Shown: piece after piece, positions 1 through 9,094 of the stretch
How positions within the stretch are numbered: position 1 is the stretch's first letter
Layout of the letters: each line of letters begins with the position of its first letter
Source: an uncultured Actinomycetota bacterium
GTDB taxonomy: Bacteria; Actinomycetota; Humimicrobiia; Humimicrobiales; Humimicrobiaceae
NCBI GenBank assembly: GCA_964424685.1
Contig: CAYRJH010000002.1
Span: forward strand, 32,263 to 69,567
Length of the DNA stretch: 37,305 bases
Reading direction: 5' to 3'
The notes under the pieces: generated by a model
What the model saw: the letters and a program-made list of their open reading frames with translations, nothing else
Told to the model about the DNA's origin: nothing
Databases searched by the model: none
Translations under genes and position numbers: made by a program

Positions 1-694
1 CGCATGGGTTGGGAGTCCGTCCTTTTTTATATTCAAAACAGAAAGGATTTATTATCCTTTCTTCAAAGGGTTTAGTTAAATCCACTGTAATATGTGGGAT
101 ATTCAATTTTAGAGATACCTTTCTTGCATTTCTTATATCATTTTCGGAACAGCAGGTCTTAAAACTATCTTTCCGGTCAAAATCATCAGGGAGCAGCTTT
201 GCCGTAACGCCTACTACTTCCCAGCCGCTGTCTTTTAAAATTTTGGCGGCCATTGAACTGTCAATTCCTCCGCTCATAGCTGCGGCGACTCTTTTATTAT
301 TTTTTTTGTAAATGTTTGCAGAATGAGGTTTTGAGATATAATCTGTAATTAGATTCTGGAAGGCATCTAAAACTATTACGGGGACATACTTTTTTTCTTC
401 AGGAAATTTACCCAGGCAGTCTTCTATATTTTTTTCTGTTATGAGAGTGGATTCAAGAATATCCTTATTTTTAATAAGAGTGGTAAGAAGACTTGCTGCG
501 GCGATGGTATAACTGCAGCCTGCAGCTTTAAATTTAATATCACTTATTATATTTCCGGTTATTTTTGCAGTGAATTTTATATTAACGGAACAGGAAAATC
601 CCATGGCTGTCCCCACAGCATGAGGCCGGGATACTTCTCCGGCATTTTGAGGTTTCTTAAAATGTTGTATTAATTTTGTATCCAAGTTTCTCAT
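1..694 (-). CDS. mnmA: tRNA 2-thiouridine(34) synthase MnmA carrying an N-terminal IscU/NifU-like domain. The 5' end is complete and the 3' end runs off the left window edge.
   Basis: I translated the minus strand manually from the ATG at 694-692. The frame is open down to base 2, and an in-frame stop lies upstream at 704-706. The gene is absent from the ORF track because it has no stop in the window. The N-terminal ~110 aa are IscU-like (MRNLDTKLIQHFKKPQNAGEV...GFSCSVNIKF...FKAAGCSYTIAAASLL). The MnmA PP-loop region follows (KRVAAAMSGGIDSSMAAKILKDSGWEVVGVTAKL...TCCSENDIRNARKVSLKLNIPHITVDL...YKKGRTPNPC). Confidence 0.8.
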   Translation of the reverse strand, partial: MRNLDTKLIQHFKKPQNAGEVSRPHAVGTAMGFSCSVNIKFTAKITGNIISDIKFKAAGCSYTIAAASLLTTLIKNKDILESTLITEKNIEDCLGKFPEEKKYVPVIVLDAFQNLITDYISKPHSANIYKKNNKRVAAAMSGGIDSSMAAKILKDSGWEVVGVTAKLLPDDFDRKDSFKTCCSENDIRNARKVSLKLNIPHITVDLTKPFEERIINPFCFEYKKGRTPNPC

Positions 695-786
695 AAAAGC
701 TATTTATTAACCTGATAATTATACGATATAATATAAAACATTATATACATTAGTTTTTATTTCATAAATTTTATATCTTATTACAT

Positions 787-2472
787 ATGATTAAGTCAAA
801 AGGGATAAATAACGGAAAATTTTATTACAGTAATCTCTATAAAGATTATATTATTGATTTTGAAAATTTAAATGAATTTTACCAGTATGATTACAGAAAA
901 ATAGACAGCTACAGGAAAAGAATTCTTGATATAAATTACGACTATGATAAGAAAAAAAGATTAAAGATATATGATATTTTAAAAAAATATAATGAAAGCA
1001 TCGGATGCGGTATTAAGACTATAGAGAATATCGAAAAGCTTAAAAGGGCGGATTCAGCAGTCATTATAGGGGGCCAGCAGCCCGGGTTTTTAAGCGGGCC
1101 AATATTTATAATTTTTAAAATACTTACGGTACTTAAGTTAAGCAGTTTTTTTGAGAAAGAATTTAAAATACCTTTGATCCCATGTTTCTGGAATGCATCT
1201 GATGACAGCAATTTGAGCCAGGCTGATAACCTGAATATAATCAGTGATAATAAAATCGTTAACATAAAACTTGACCTTTCTGATATAAACAAAAAAACAA
1301 GATATTCAGATATTTATCTCTCGCAAAGCAGGTTAGACGCAGCTATAGCGGAATTGGAAAAAATCCTCCATCCGACGGATTTTAAATCAGGTATTATTGA
1401 TTTTTATAAAAGGATCATTGTTGATACTTTTAAAAAAGCTTCTTATACCGGCTCACATCCAGAAGGAAAAATAAATATTTCTACTTTTTTTTCAAGTTTG
1501 ATTGCAGGGATGTTTTCCGGTTCCGGTATTGTAATTATAGATCCTTCTGATGTTGAACTAAAAAAAATAAGTCTTAATTTACTGGAATTTGATGTGGATA
1601 ACCACTGTAAAATAAATAATTTAATAAACTCCGCCGGCAAGAAACTAAAGAAGAATGGTTATCAGAATCAATTAAATCCTGTACCTGGAACACTTAATTC
1701 TTTCTACTGCAGTGAAGGTAAAAGGTATAAAATATATTCAAATATGGATAATAAAAATTTATTTGAAATTGGAGATAAAAAATATAACAGGGTGCAGTTA
1801 AGGAATCTTTTTATAAAATATCCTTCAAACATCAGCCTTAATGTAGTATTAAGACCGTTATTTCAGGATAGCCAGCTGCCAGTTTTATGTTCAGTTTGCG
1901 GTCCGGGAGAAGCCGGCTATTTAGCCCAGCTAAAAACCGTATACGAATTATACAATTTAAAAATGCCTGTTATATATCCAAGATTTTCTGCAACAATAAT
2001 TGAAAAAAAGATAAAAAAAATACTTGTAAAATTAGAGATTACAGAAAGAGAGCTGGGATTGGCCAGGGAAGAAATGATAAAAAAGAAAATCGATAAGAGG
2101 TTAAAAGTAAATATTCCGGAATTAATGCAAAAGATGGAAAATGATATTCAGGAAAGGTTTGAAAAGCTGGAGAAAACTTTAATAGATTTTGATATGAATA
2201 TATCAAGTTCTTTTGATAGAATTAAAAGAAATATGAAAAAAGAAATTAAAGTTCTTAATAAAAAAATATATTCTGAACTAAAAAAGCAGGATGAATTTAC
2301 ATCTGAAAATATAAATAAAGTATATACAAATATTTTCCCTAATGATAATTTACAGGAGCGTGAAATTAATATATCAGCTTACCTGAATAAATACGGATTT
2401 GAATTTATAGATGAATTATATTCCAAAGTAGAACCATTTGATTTTTTACATAAATTTTTAGAGATCAGCTGA
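787..2472 (+). CDS. bshC: Bacillithiol biosynthesis cysteine-adding enzyme BshC
   Basis: The 561-aa ORF has the BshC-type motifs IIGGQQPGFLSGPIF and LRPLFQDSQLPVLCSVCGPGEAGYLAQLK, plus a coiled-coil-like C-terminal part. It sits directly upstream of bshB and bshA. Confidence 0.85.
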   Translation: MIKSKGINNGKFYYSNLYKDYIIDFENLNEFYQYDYRKIDSYRKRILDINYDYDKKKRLKIYDILKKYNESIGCGIKTIENIEKLKRADSAVIIGGQQPGFLSGPIFIIFKILTVLKLSSFFEKEFKIPLIPCFWNASDDSNLSQADNLNIISDNKIVNIKLDLSDINKKTRYSDIYLSQSRLDAAIAELEKILHPTDFKSGIIDFYKRIIVDTFKKASYTGSHPEGKINISTFFSSLIAGMFSGSGIVIIDPSDVELKKISLNLLEFDVDNHCKINNLINSAGKKLKKNGYQNQLNPVPGTLNSFYCSEGKRYKIYSNMDNKNLFEIGDKKYNRVQLRNLFIKYPSNISLNVVLRPLFQDSQLPVLCSVCGPGEAGYLAQLKTVYELYNLKMPVIYPRFSATIIEKKIKKILVKLEITERELGLAREEMIKKKIDKRLKVNIPELMQKMENDIQERFEKLEKTLIDFDMNISSSFDRIKRNMKKEIKVLNKKIYSELKKQDEFTSENINKVYTNIFPNDNLQEREINISAYLNKYGFEFIDELYSKVEPFDFLHKFLEIS

Positions 2473-2505
2473 TTATAAAAGGAAATATAAGGGTAAATAA
2501 AGTAA

Positions 2506-3243
2506 ATGAAAAAAGGTTTTAAAAAAGAAATTAAAATAGATGCGCTTGCTTTCAGTCCCCATCCGGATGATGCAGAAATGGGCTGCGGAGGTCTGCTTCT
2601 AAAATTAAAAGATAAAGGATACAAAACAGGGATAATAGATCTTACCCTTGCCGAACTCTCCACCAATGGTGATCTGGAAACCAGGGGAAAAGAGACAAAA
2701 AAAGCGACAAAAATACTTGGGCTGGATATAAGGGAAAATCTGAAACTTGAAGATACCAATATAAAAAATGATTTTGAAAGCAGGTTAAATGTAATAAACG
2801 TTTTGAGAAAATACAGACCTGATCTGGTTCTTATACCTTTCTGGAGAGACAGGCATCCCGATCACGAAAACTCCTACAAACTGCTAAAAGATTCAATATT
2901 TATTTCCGGACTTAAAAAGTTTAAAGCTGATTTTGACGCTTTCAGTCCTTATCTGGTAATCAGTTACATGCTTCATTATGAGTTTAAACCCAGTTTTATC
3001 GTTGATATAAGCAAGTATTATAAGAGAAAATCCGGTGCAGTTGCTGCTTATAAATCCCAGTTTTACAGTAGTTTAAAGAAAGACGCAATTACCCACATAG
3101 CTTCTAAATATTTCTTTGATGTAATTAACAGCAGGCACCAGTGTTCTGGATTGAAAGTAAGGGCTGAATACGGGGAACCATACTACATAGAATCCGATAT
3201 TAAAATAGAAGACCCTCTGGAATTTTTTAAATATCTTAAATAA
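2506..3243 (+). CDS. bshB: N-acetyl-alpha-D-glucosaminyl L-malate deacetylase (PIG-L/LmbE family)
   Basis: The 245-aa ORF carries the LmbE-family metal motif AFSPHPDDAEMGCGG. It also has IIDLTLAELSTNG and the HPDH motif, closely resembling Bacillus BshB1. Confidence 0.9.
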   Translation: MKKGFKKEIKIDALAFSPHPDDAEMGCGGLLLKLKDKGYKTGIIDLTLAELSTNGDLETRGKETKKATKILGLDIRENLKLEDTNIKNDFESRLNVINVLRKYRPDLVLIPFWRDRHPDHENSYKLLKDSIFISGLKKFKADFDAFSPYLVISYMLHYEFKPSFIVDISKYYKRKSGAVAAYKSQFYSSLKKDAITHIASKYFFDVINSRHQCSGLKVRAEYGEPYYIESDIKIEDPLEFFKYLK

Positions 3244-3286
3244 TAAATGTTAAATATTAACAATAATACGGGAGCACGTTTATAAG

Positions 3287-4405
3287 ATGAATATCGGGAT
3301 AACCTGTTACCCTACCTATGGAGGGAGTGGCGCCGTCGCAACTGAACTGGGCATAGAGCTGGCAAAAAGGGGTCATAAAATTCATTTCATAAGTTATGGC
3401 TTTCCATTCAGGCTTAAAAGATTTTATAAAAATATCTTTTTTCATGAAGTTGAAATGCTGGAATATCCTCTTTTTAAGTACCCCCCCTACAGTCTGTCAC
3501 TTAGCGCAAAAATGGCTGAAGTCATAGAAACCGAGAAGCTTGACCTGCTTCATGTACATTATGCCATGCCTCATGCTGCATCAGCATATCTGGCTAAAAA
3601 GATATCAGGGGACGGGAGAATAAAGTATATAACTACCCTGCACGGCACGGATATAACACTGGTAGGCAACCACCAATCATTTTTTAGAATCACAAAATTT
3701 AGCATAGAAGAAAGTGACGGAATTACCTGTGTTTCAAATTATTTAAAAGAAACCACCTTAAAAGTTTTTAAAATAAATAAAGAAATAGAGGTGATTTATA
3801 ATTTTGTGGATACTGAAAAATATAAAAGAATTAAGGTTGATAGGGAAAATATTGGTTTTATAGATAAAGACGATAAAGTAATTATGCATATTTCTAATTT
3901 CAGACCGGTAAAAAAAATAGAAAATATAATAAAAGTATTTTGCAGGGTAGTAAGGGAGGTAAAAAGTAAATTGCTCCTTCTTGGTGACGGGCCTGATTTA
4001 TGCAGAATCAGGAATATGGTAAATAGATTAAACCTGGAAAATAAAGTATTTTTCCCCGGTATACAGGAAAACATAATACCGCTTCTAAGCCTCAGTGATT
4101 TATATATGCTCCCATCAAAAAGTGAAGGATTCGGACTTTCAGCACTCGAGGCTTTAAGCTGCGGGGTCCCTGTTATAGGTACTAATGTCGGTGGACTTAA
4201 AGAAGTGATTGAGCAGGGAAAGTCGGGTTATACTTTCAATCCTGCGGATATTGATTCTATTAGTGAAGCAGCCGTGAAGATACTTAAAAACGAAGAAATC
4301 AGATTGGAAATGAGTGTTGAAGCAAGAAAAAGAGCGAAAAATTTTGACAGCAAAATAATAGTTCCGCAGTATTTAAAATATTATGAGAAAGTTTTAAACA
4401 ATTAG
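3287..4405 (+). CDS. bshA: N-acetyl-alpha-D-glucosaminyl L-malate synthase (GT4 glycosyltransferase)
   Basis: The 372-aa ORF has an N-terminus MNIGITCYPTYGGSGAVATELGIELAKRGHKIHFIS, typical of BshA. The C-terminal GT4 motif is PSKSEGFGLSALEALSCGVPVIGT. Confidence 0.9.
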   Translation: MNIGITCYPTYGGSGAVATELGIELAKRGHKIHFISYGFPFRLKRFYKNIFFHEVEMLEYPLFKYPPYSLSLSAKMAEVIETEKLDLLHVHYAMPHAASAYLAKKISGDGRIKYITTLHGTDITLVGNHQSFFRITKFSIEESDGITCVSNYLKETTLKVFKINKEIEVIYNFVDTEKYKRIKVDRENIGFIDKDDKVIMHISNFRPVKKIENIIKVFCRVVREVKSKLLLLGDGPDLCRIRNMVNRLNLENKVFFPGIQENIIPLLSLSDLYMLPSKSEGFGLSALEALSCGVPVIGTNVGGLKEVIEQGKSGYTFNPADIDSISEAAVKILKNEEIRLEMSVEARKRAKNFDSKIIVPQYLKYYEKVLNN

Positions 4406-4520
4406 GAAGCTTATTATTTTAAAGATTTACAGGTGTAATTTAAAAAAGTAATAACCGGTCCATTGCACAGTTCTGATGAAAAATACAGGTTAAAATATTA
4501 CCCTGAAGCCAGAGACGAAT

Positions 4521-4540
4521 TTTCATTTTTTTTCATTTTT
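4521..4540. repeat. Perfect 10-bp tandem direct repeat (tttcattttt x2), giving T-tracts phased at one helical turn immediately upstream of a -35-like hexamer
   Basis: Read directly: 4521-4530 and 4531-4540 are identical. Confidence 0.9.
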
Positions 4541-4543
4541 TAA

Positions 4544-4572
4544 TTGTCTTAGTTATTTATCTATGTTAATAT
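4544..4572 (+). promoter_or_regulatory. Sigma-70-like promoter candidate for the ilv leader (TTGTCT, 17-nt spacer, TAATAT)
   Basis: TTGTCT lies at 4544-4549, followed by a 17-nt spacer and TAATAT at 4567-4572. The element is about 30 nt upstream of the small ORF at 4603 and is preceded by the phased T-tract repeat. This is a motif match only. Confidence 0.4.
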
Positions 4573-4602
4573 ATTTTCTCAAATAAATTTTTGATGGTTA
4601 TC

Positions 4603-4752
4603 ATGAATACAAACAAAGAAAGATTTTTAAATAGAATAAAAAACAGTTCTTCAAGTACCTGTTTTAGCGGCATAAATAATACTGCTGGTCTTTCACTATG
4701 TATTCTTTTAATTTTAGTCTGTCTATTACTTCTGGTCGGTATTCTATCCTAA
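4603..4752 (+). CDS. 49-codon small ORF. It is either a candidate Leu/Ile/Val-rich leader peptide for the downstream ilv genes or a small hydrophobic peptide.
   Basis: Manual translation gives MNTNKERFLNRIKNSSSSTCFSGINNTAGLSLCILLILVCLLLLVGILS*. Of the last 20 codons, 15 are Leu (10), Ile (3) or Val (2). The ORF ends 160 nt before ilvD and has only a weak SD-like GATGG. It is below the ORF-track size cut-off. Confidence 0.4.
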   Translation: MNTNKERFLNRIKNSSSSTCFSGINNTAGLSLCILLILVCLLLLVGILS

Positions 4753-4809
4753 TTTCAGGATAAGTATATTTTTATAAGTTTAAAATAAAAAATCCTGAAA
4801 ATTCTTTTA
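4745..4809 (+). promoter_or_regulatory. Candidate attenuator with mutually exclusive hairpins overlapping the leader ORF stop
   Basis: TATCCT (4745-4750, the last leader codons) can pair with AGGATA (4757-4762). TTTCAGGAT (4753-4761) can pair with ATCCTGAAA (4792-4800), which is followed by attctttta. The two structures share the AGGAT segment. The 9-bp stem has a 30-nt AT-rich loop, so it would be weak as a terminator. Confidence 0.3.
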
Positions 4810-4911
4810 TAAGTAGTCCTTATGGTAGTTATGTCTTATAATTGAAATATTATAAAAAGTAAATTATAAAAAATTAAAGAATTAAAGGATAATTTTTAAA
4901 AAGGAGGAAAA

Positions 4912-6570
4912 TTGAGAAGCGATATTATGAAAAAAGGAGTTGAGAGGCTTCCTCACAGGTCTATTTTTAAATCACTCGGGCTTACCGACGAGGAAATAAA
5001 AAGGCCGTTTATTGGAGTGGTAAATTCGGCAAATGAATTAATACCCGGCCATATGCATCTTGATAAAATTGCTGAAGCGGTTAAAGCGGGAATCAGGATA
5101 AGTGGCGGTACGCCCCAGGAATTTTCGACTATCGGTGTGTGTGACGGCGTGGCCATGAATCATATCGGGATGAAATATTCTCTTGCAACAAGGGAAATAA
5201 TAGCCGACAGTATAGAAGCAGTGGCTATGGCTCACCCTTTTGATGGCCTGGTATTAGTACCATGCTGCGATAAGATTGTCCCGGGAATGATTATGGCGGC
5301 GCTCAGATTGAATATTCCTTCTATCATAGTAAGCGGAGGGCCGATGATGGCCGGAAGATTTAAAGAACAGAGCATCGACTATAGCAGCTGTTACGAAGCT
5401 ATCGCTAAATACAAAAAAGGTAAATACACTGATAAAGACCTAAAAGAAATAGAAGATGAGGCCTGTCCCACATGCGGGAGCTGCTCGGGAATGTTTACGG
5501 CTAATTCAATGAACTGCCTCTCGGAGGCTATTGGAATTGCTTTAACCGGAAACGGCACGATACCTGCAGTTTATTCTAAAAGATTAAGGCTGGCAAAAAA
5601 CGCGGGAATGAAAATCATGGATCTGGTGGCTAATAATATAAAGCCAAGGGATATCATAACACTGGAAGCGGTTAAAAACGCAATTGCGGTTGATATGGCG
5701 CTTGGCTGTTCGACCAATACTATCCTTCACCTTACAGCAATTGCTTATGAAGCAGGCATAGACTTTAACCTGAGACTTGTAAACGAAATAAGCAGTAAAA
5801 CACCCAATCTATGCAGATTAAGCCCTGCCGGCAGTCATCATCTTGAAGACTTATATTATGCTGGCGGAGTAGAGGCGGTAATGAATGAGCTCTTAAAAAA
5901 TGGGCTTATTAACGGAGAAATAAAAACTGTAAGCGGGAAAAAAGTAAGTGATAATATATCAGGCGCAGAAATTTTAAACAGGGAAGTCATAAAAGAGGTT
6001 AAAGATCCTTATATTAAGGATGGAGGTCTTACCATTTTATGGGGTAATCTGGCCCCTGGAGGATGTGTGGTTAAAAGATCTGCAGTGGACCCATCGATGT
6101 ACCATTATAAAGGAAAAGCAAGAGTATTTGACAGTGAAGAGCAGTCTCTGGAAGCTATAATGAATGGAAAGGTAAACCCGGGAGATGTGGTGGTAATAAG
6201 ATACGAAGGTCCGAAGGGAGGTCCCGGAATGCGTGAAATGCTTGCACCCACATCGGCAATTGCAGGAATTGGTCTTGACAAGGAAGTTGCATTAGTTACA
6301 GACGGCAGATTTTCAGGAGCGACAAGAGGTGCCTCTATCGGTCATGTGTCACCAGAAGCGCAGGCAGGTGGGCCTATTTGTATTGTAGAGGAGGGGGACC
6401 TAATCGAAATAAATATAACAGAAAACACGATAAGTCTCCTTTTAAGCGATGAAGAAATAAAAAGAAGAATGAAAACATGGCAGCCTCCTGAATCAAAGAT
6501 AAAGGGAGGTTATCTTGCAAGATATTCCAGGATGGTAACCTCGGCATCGGAAGGAGCCGTGCTTAAGTAA
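4912..6570 (+). CDS. ilvD: Dihydroxy-acid dehydratase
   Basis: The 552-aa ORF has a TTG start 4 nt after AGGAGG (4902-4907), which gives the canonical MRSD...RLPHRS N-terminus. Motifs present are [23 protein letters not shown] and [11 protein letters not shown]. Confidence 0.95.
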   Translation: MRSDIMKKGVERLPHRSIFKSLGLTDEEIKRPFIGVVNSANELIPGHMHLDKIAEAVKAGIRISGGTPQEFSTIGVCDGVAMNHIGMKYSLATREIIADSIEAVAMAHPFDGLVLVPCCDKIVPGMIMAALRLNIPSIIVSGGPMMAGRFKEQSIDYSSCYEAIAKYKKGKYTDKDLKEIEDEACPTCGSCSGMFTANSMNCLSEAIGIALTGNGTIPAVYSKRLRLAKNAGMKIMDLVANNIKPRDIITLEAVKNAIAVDMALGCSTNTILHLTAIAYEAGIDFNLRLVNEISSKTPNLCRLSPAGSHHLEDLYYAGGVEAVMNELLKNGLINGEIKTVSGKKVSDNISGAEILNREVIKEVKDPYIKDGGLTILWGNLAPGGCVVKRSAVDPSMYHYKGKARVFDSEEQSLEAIMNGKVNPGDVVVIRYEGPKGGPGMREMLAPTSAIAGIGLDKEVALVTDGRFSGATRGASIGHVSPEAQAGGPICIVEEGDLIEINITENTISLLLSDEEIKRRMKTWQPPESKIKGGYLARYSRMVTSASEGAVLK

Positions 6571-6663
6571 TTTTAATAGTAGAGTTTCCCAGGGATCATA
6601 GTTTAAAATTATTTGGATGGTTATTTAAGTTTTTTAAAAAAAATATAAAATGTAACATAAAAA

Positions 6664-6672
6664 TGATATAAT
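6664..6672 (+). promoter_or_regulatory. Extended -10-like element (TGATATAAT) in the ilvD-ilvB spacer
   Basis: This is a motif match only. No good -35 is present. It would give ilvBN an internal promoter. Confidence 0.25.
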
Positions 6673-6729
6673 TATCAAACTATTTTATTTGTTATAAAGT
6701 TGTTACAAATACTTGGAAGTGAGTTTATT

Positions 6730-8424
6730 ATGAGTAAAATAACAGGCGCACAGATGATAATAAAATGCTTAAAGGAAGAGGGAGTAGATGTGGTATTCGG
6801 CTATCCAGGCGGAAAGGTAATACCCCTGTACGATGCATTATTTGACAGTGATATAAGGCATATACTGGTAAGACATGAGCAGGGTGCGGCGCACGCAGCG
6901 GATGGTTATGCAAGGGTAACCGGTAAAACAGGCGTTTGTATTGCTACCTCTGGTCCGGGCGCAACCAATCTTGTGACCGGTCTTGCCAACGCACACATGG
7001 ATTCAATACCGATAGTAGCCATAACCGGACAGGTCGGTACAGCCCAGATAGGTACGGATGCATTTCAGGAAGCTGATATAACGGGTATAGCCGCACCTAT
7101 AACCAAACATACTTATCTAATAAAAGATGTTAAAGATCTGCCCATAGTAATAAAAGAAGCTTTTTTAATAGCATCTACGGGCAGGCCGGGTCCTGTTTTA
7201 ATTGATATACCTGTTGATATACAAACAGGGCTGATAGATGAAAATTCTAAGGCAGATGTAAATCTGCCCGGATATAAACCCACGCTCAAAGGAAATCTAA
7301 AACAGGTTAAAGATGCTGCAAAAAAAATAGCCGAAAGTAAGAAACCGGTAATTTTTTCAGGAGGAGGGGTAATTATCTCGGGTGCAAGTGAAATTTTACA
7401 GGAATTTGTAAAAGTTGCCAGGATCCCGGTAATAACTTCACTTTTAGGAATGGGCTCATTTCCTGAAACCGATCCTTTATCCTTGAGTATGGCCGGAATG
7501 CACGGGACAAAGTATGCAAATCTTTCTTTTACAGAATGTGATTTGATTATTGCGGTAGGCGTTAGATTCGATGACAGGGTTACCGGTAAATTATCAGAAT
7601 TCGCGCCCCGGGCAGATGTAATTCATATTGATATCGATCCTGCAGAAATCGGGAAAAATATTAAGGTACTTATTCCTGTTGTTGGAGATGCAAAAACTGT
7701 TCTTGCGGACTTAAAAATTGAATATGAAAAATATATTGAAAAAAAAGGGATCCCGGACAGGAAGGAATGGCTGGCAAGAGTAAAGAAATTAAAGAAGGAT
7801 TTCCCTCTAAAATATGATAGGGAATCTAATACGGTAAAACCTGCTTATGTTGTTGAAAAAATTTATGAGCTGACCGCAGGTGACGCCATAATCTGTACCG
7901 AAGTCGGTCAGAACCAGATGTGGGCGGCACAGTTCTACAAATACACTAAACCGAGAACACTTGTTTCTTCAGGAGGTCTTGGAACCATGGGTTTTGGGCT
8001 GCCGGCATCGATAGGTGCAAAAGCAGGAAAACCGGATAAAACAGTAATAGATATAGCAGGAGACGGAAGCATACAGATGGTATCCCAGGAACTCTCAACT
8101 GCGGTTGCAAATAAAATTAATATAAAGATCATGCTTCTAAACAACGGCTACCTTGGCATGGTAAGGCAGTGGCAGGAATTTTTCTGGAATAAAAGGTATT
8201 CTCATACCTGTATTGATAACTGTGTTGATTTTGTAAAGCTGATTGAGGCATATGGCGGTGTTGGCTTAAGGGTAACCAAAAAGGAAGAAGTTGAAGGTGC
8301 CATAAAAAAGGCTCTTGAAATAGATAATGTAGTACTTGTAGATTTCAGGATAGATAGAGAAGAGAATGTATATCCCATGGTGGCACCTGGCTCTTCAATA
8401 AGCGAGATGTTAGACAGTGTTTAA
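6730..8424 (+). CDS. ilvB: Acetolactate synthase (acetohydroxy-acid synthase) large subunit
   Basis: ThDP-enzyme motifs are present: RHEQGAAHAADGYAR, GPGATNLVTG, GLGTMGFGLPASIGA and GDGSIQM. I chose the ATG at 6730 (MSKITGAQMII) rather than the track's TTG at 6700. It follows GGAAGTGAG and matches usual IlvB N-termini. The gene is followed by ilvN. Confidence 0.92.
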   Translation: MSKITGAQMIIKCLKEEGVDVVFGYPGGKVIPLYDALFDSDIRHILVRHEQGAAHAADGYARVTGKTGVCIATSGPGATNLVTGLANAHMDSIPIVAITGQVGTAQIGTDAFQEADITGIAAPITKHTYLIKDVKDLPIVIKEAFLIASTGRPGPVLIDIPVDIQTGLIDENSKADVNLPGYKPTLKGNLKQVKDAAKKIAESKKPVIFSGGGVIISGASEILQEFVKVARIPVITSLLGMGSFPETDPLSLSMAGMHGTKYANLSFTECDLIIAVGVRFDDRVTGKLSEFAPRADVIHIDIDPAEIGKNIKVLIPVVGDAKTVLADLKIEYEKYIEKKGIPDRKEWLARVKKLKKDFPLKYDRESNTVKPAYVVEKIYELTAGDAIICTEVGQNQMWAAQFYKYTKPRTLVSSGGLGTMGFGLPASIGAKAGKPDKTVIDIAGDGSIQMVSQELSTAVANKINIKIMLLNNGYLGMVRQWQEFFWNKRYSHTCIDNCVDFVKLIEAYGGVGLRVTKKEEVEGAIKKALEIDNVVLVDFRIDREENVYPMVAPGSSISEMLDSV

Positions 8425-8456
8425 AAAAAAGTACATATAGGATAACAGGTGACAAC

Positions 8457-8939
8457 ATGAATCATATTATATCGGTTTTAGTCGAAAATAAAGCAGGAGT
8501 ACTGGCAAAAATATCCGGGCTTTTCAGCAGAAGGGGCTTTAATATCGAGAGTCTTGCAGTGGGTCCTACCGAAGATGATAAAATATCCAGGGTTACAATG
8601 GAGGTTGAAGCAGAGGAGCACAGCATCGAACAGATTATAAAACAGCTCTATAAACTTATAAATGTAATAAAGATCCAGGAGCTGGACCCTTCAAATATTG
8701 TTGAAAGGCAACTTGTCCTAATAAAAGTGAATGCTGATTCTAAAACAAGACCTGAAGTGCTGGAAATAGTAAATGTTTTCCGTGCAAATATAGTCGATGT
8801 GGCCAAAAAAACATTAATGATTGAAATTACCGGAAAAAGCCGGAAAGTAAAAGCGCTGGAAGACCTCTTAAGGCCTTTTGGAATAGTTGAACTGGTAAGA
8901 ACGGGTAAGATTGCCTGTACAAGGGGCAGTAAGTATTAA
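8457..8939 (+). CDS. ilvN: Acetolactate synthase small (regulatory, ACT-domain) subunit
   Basis: The 160-aa ORF has the typical IlvN/IlvH N-terminus ISVLVENKAGVLAKISGLFSRRGFNIESLAVG. An AGGTGA RBS is present. Confidence 0.9.
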   Translation: MNHIISVLVENKAGVLAKISGLFSRRGFNIESLAVGPTEDDKISRVTMEVEAEEHSIEQIIKQLYKLINVIKIQELDPSNIVERQLVLIKVNADSKTRPEVLEIVNVFRANIVDVAKKTLMIEITGKSRKVKALEDLLRPFGIVELVRTGKIACTRGSKY

Positions 8940-9094
8940 GGACTGAAACCGGAAGCCAGTAGATTTATATAGTTTGTTTGTTTGAATTTAGAGAAGTTAA
9001 GTTATAAAAACCTGTTTTATTATTTATTGTATTTATAATGGATTTGTTATTTATGAGTAATATATTATAAAATTATTAGAAAGGGATTAGTAAG

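Noticed and set aside
9-311. 100-aa + strand ORF at the left edge
   Set aside because: It lies entirely antisense to the well-supported mnmA reading frame and has no recognisable motifs. It is a shadow ORF.
4406-4602. Possible T-box or other riboswitch in the long bshA-ilvD spacer (also checked 30379-30513 upstream of hisZ)
   Set aside because: I could not find the conserved T-box sequence (the ...GGTGGTACCGCG-like element) or a specifier-loop architecture. No run of His codons lies upstream of hisZ. No riboswitch core was recognisable by eye.
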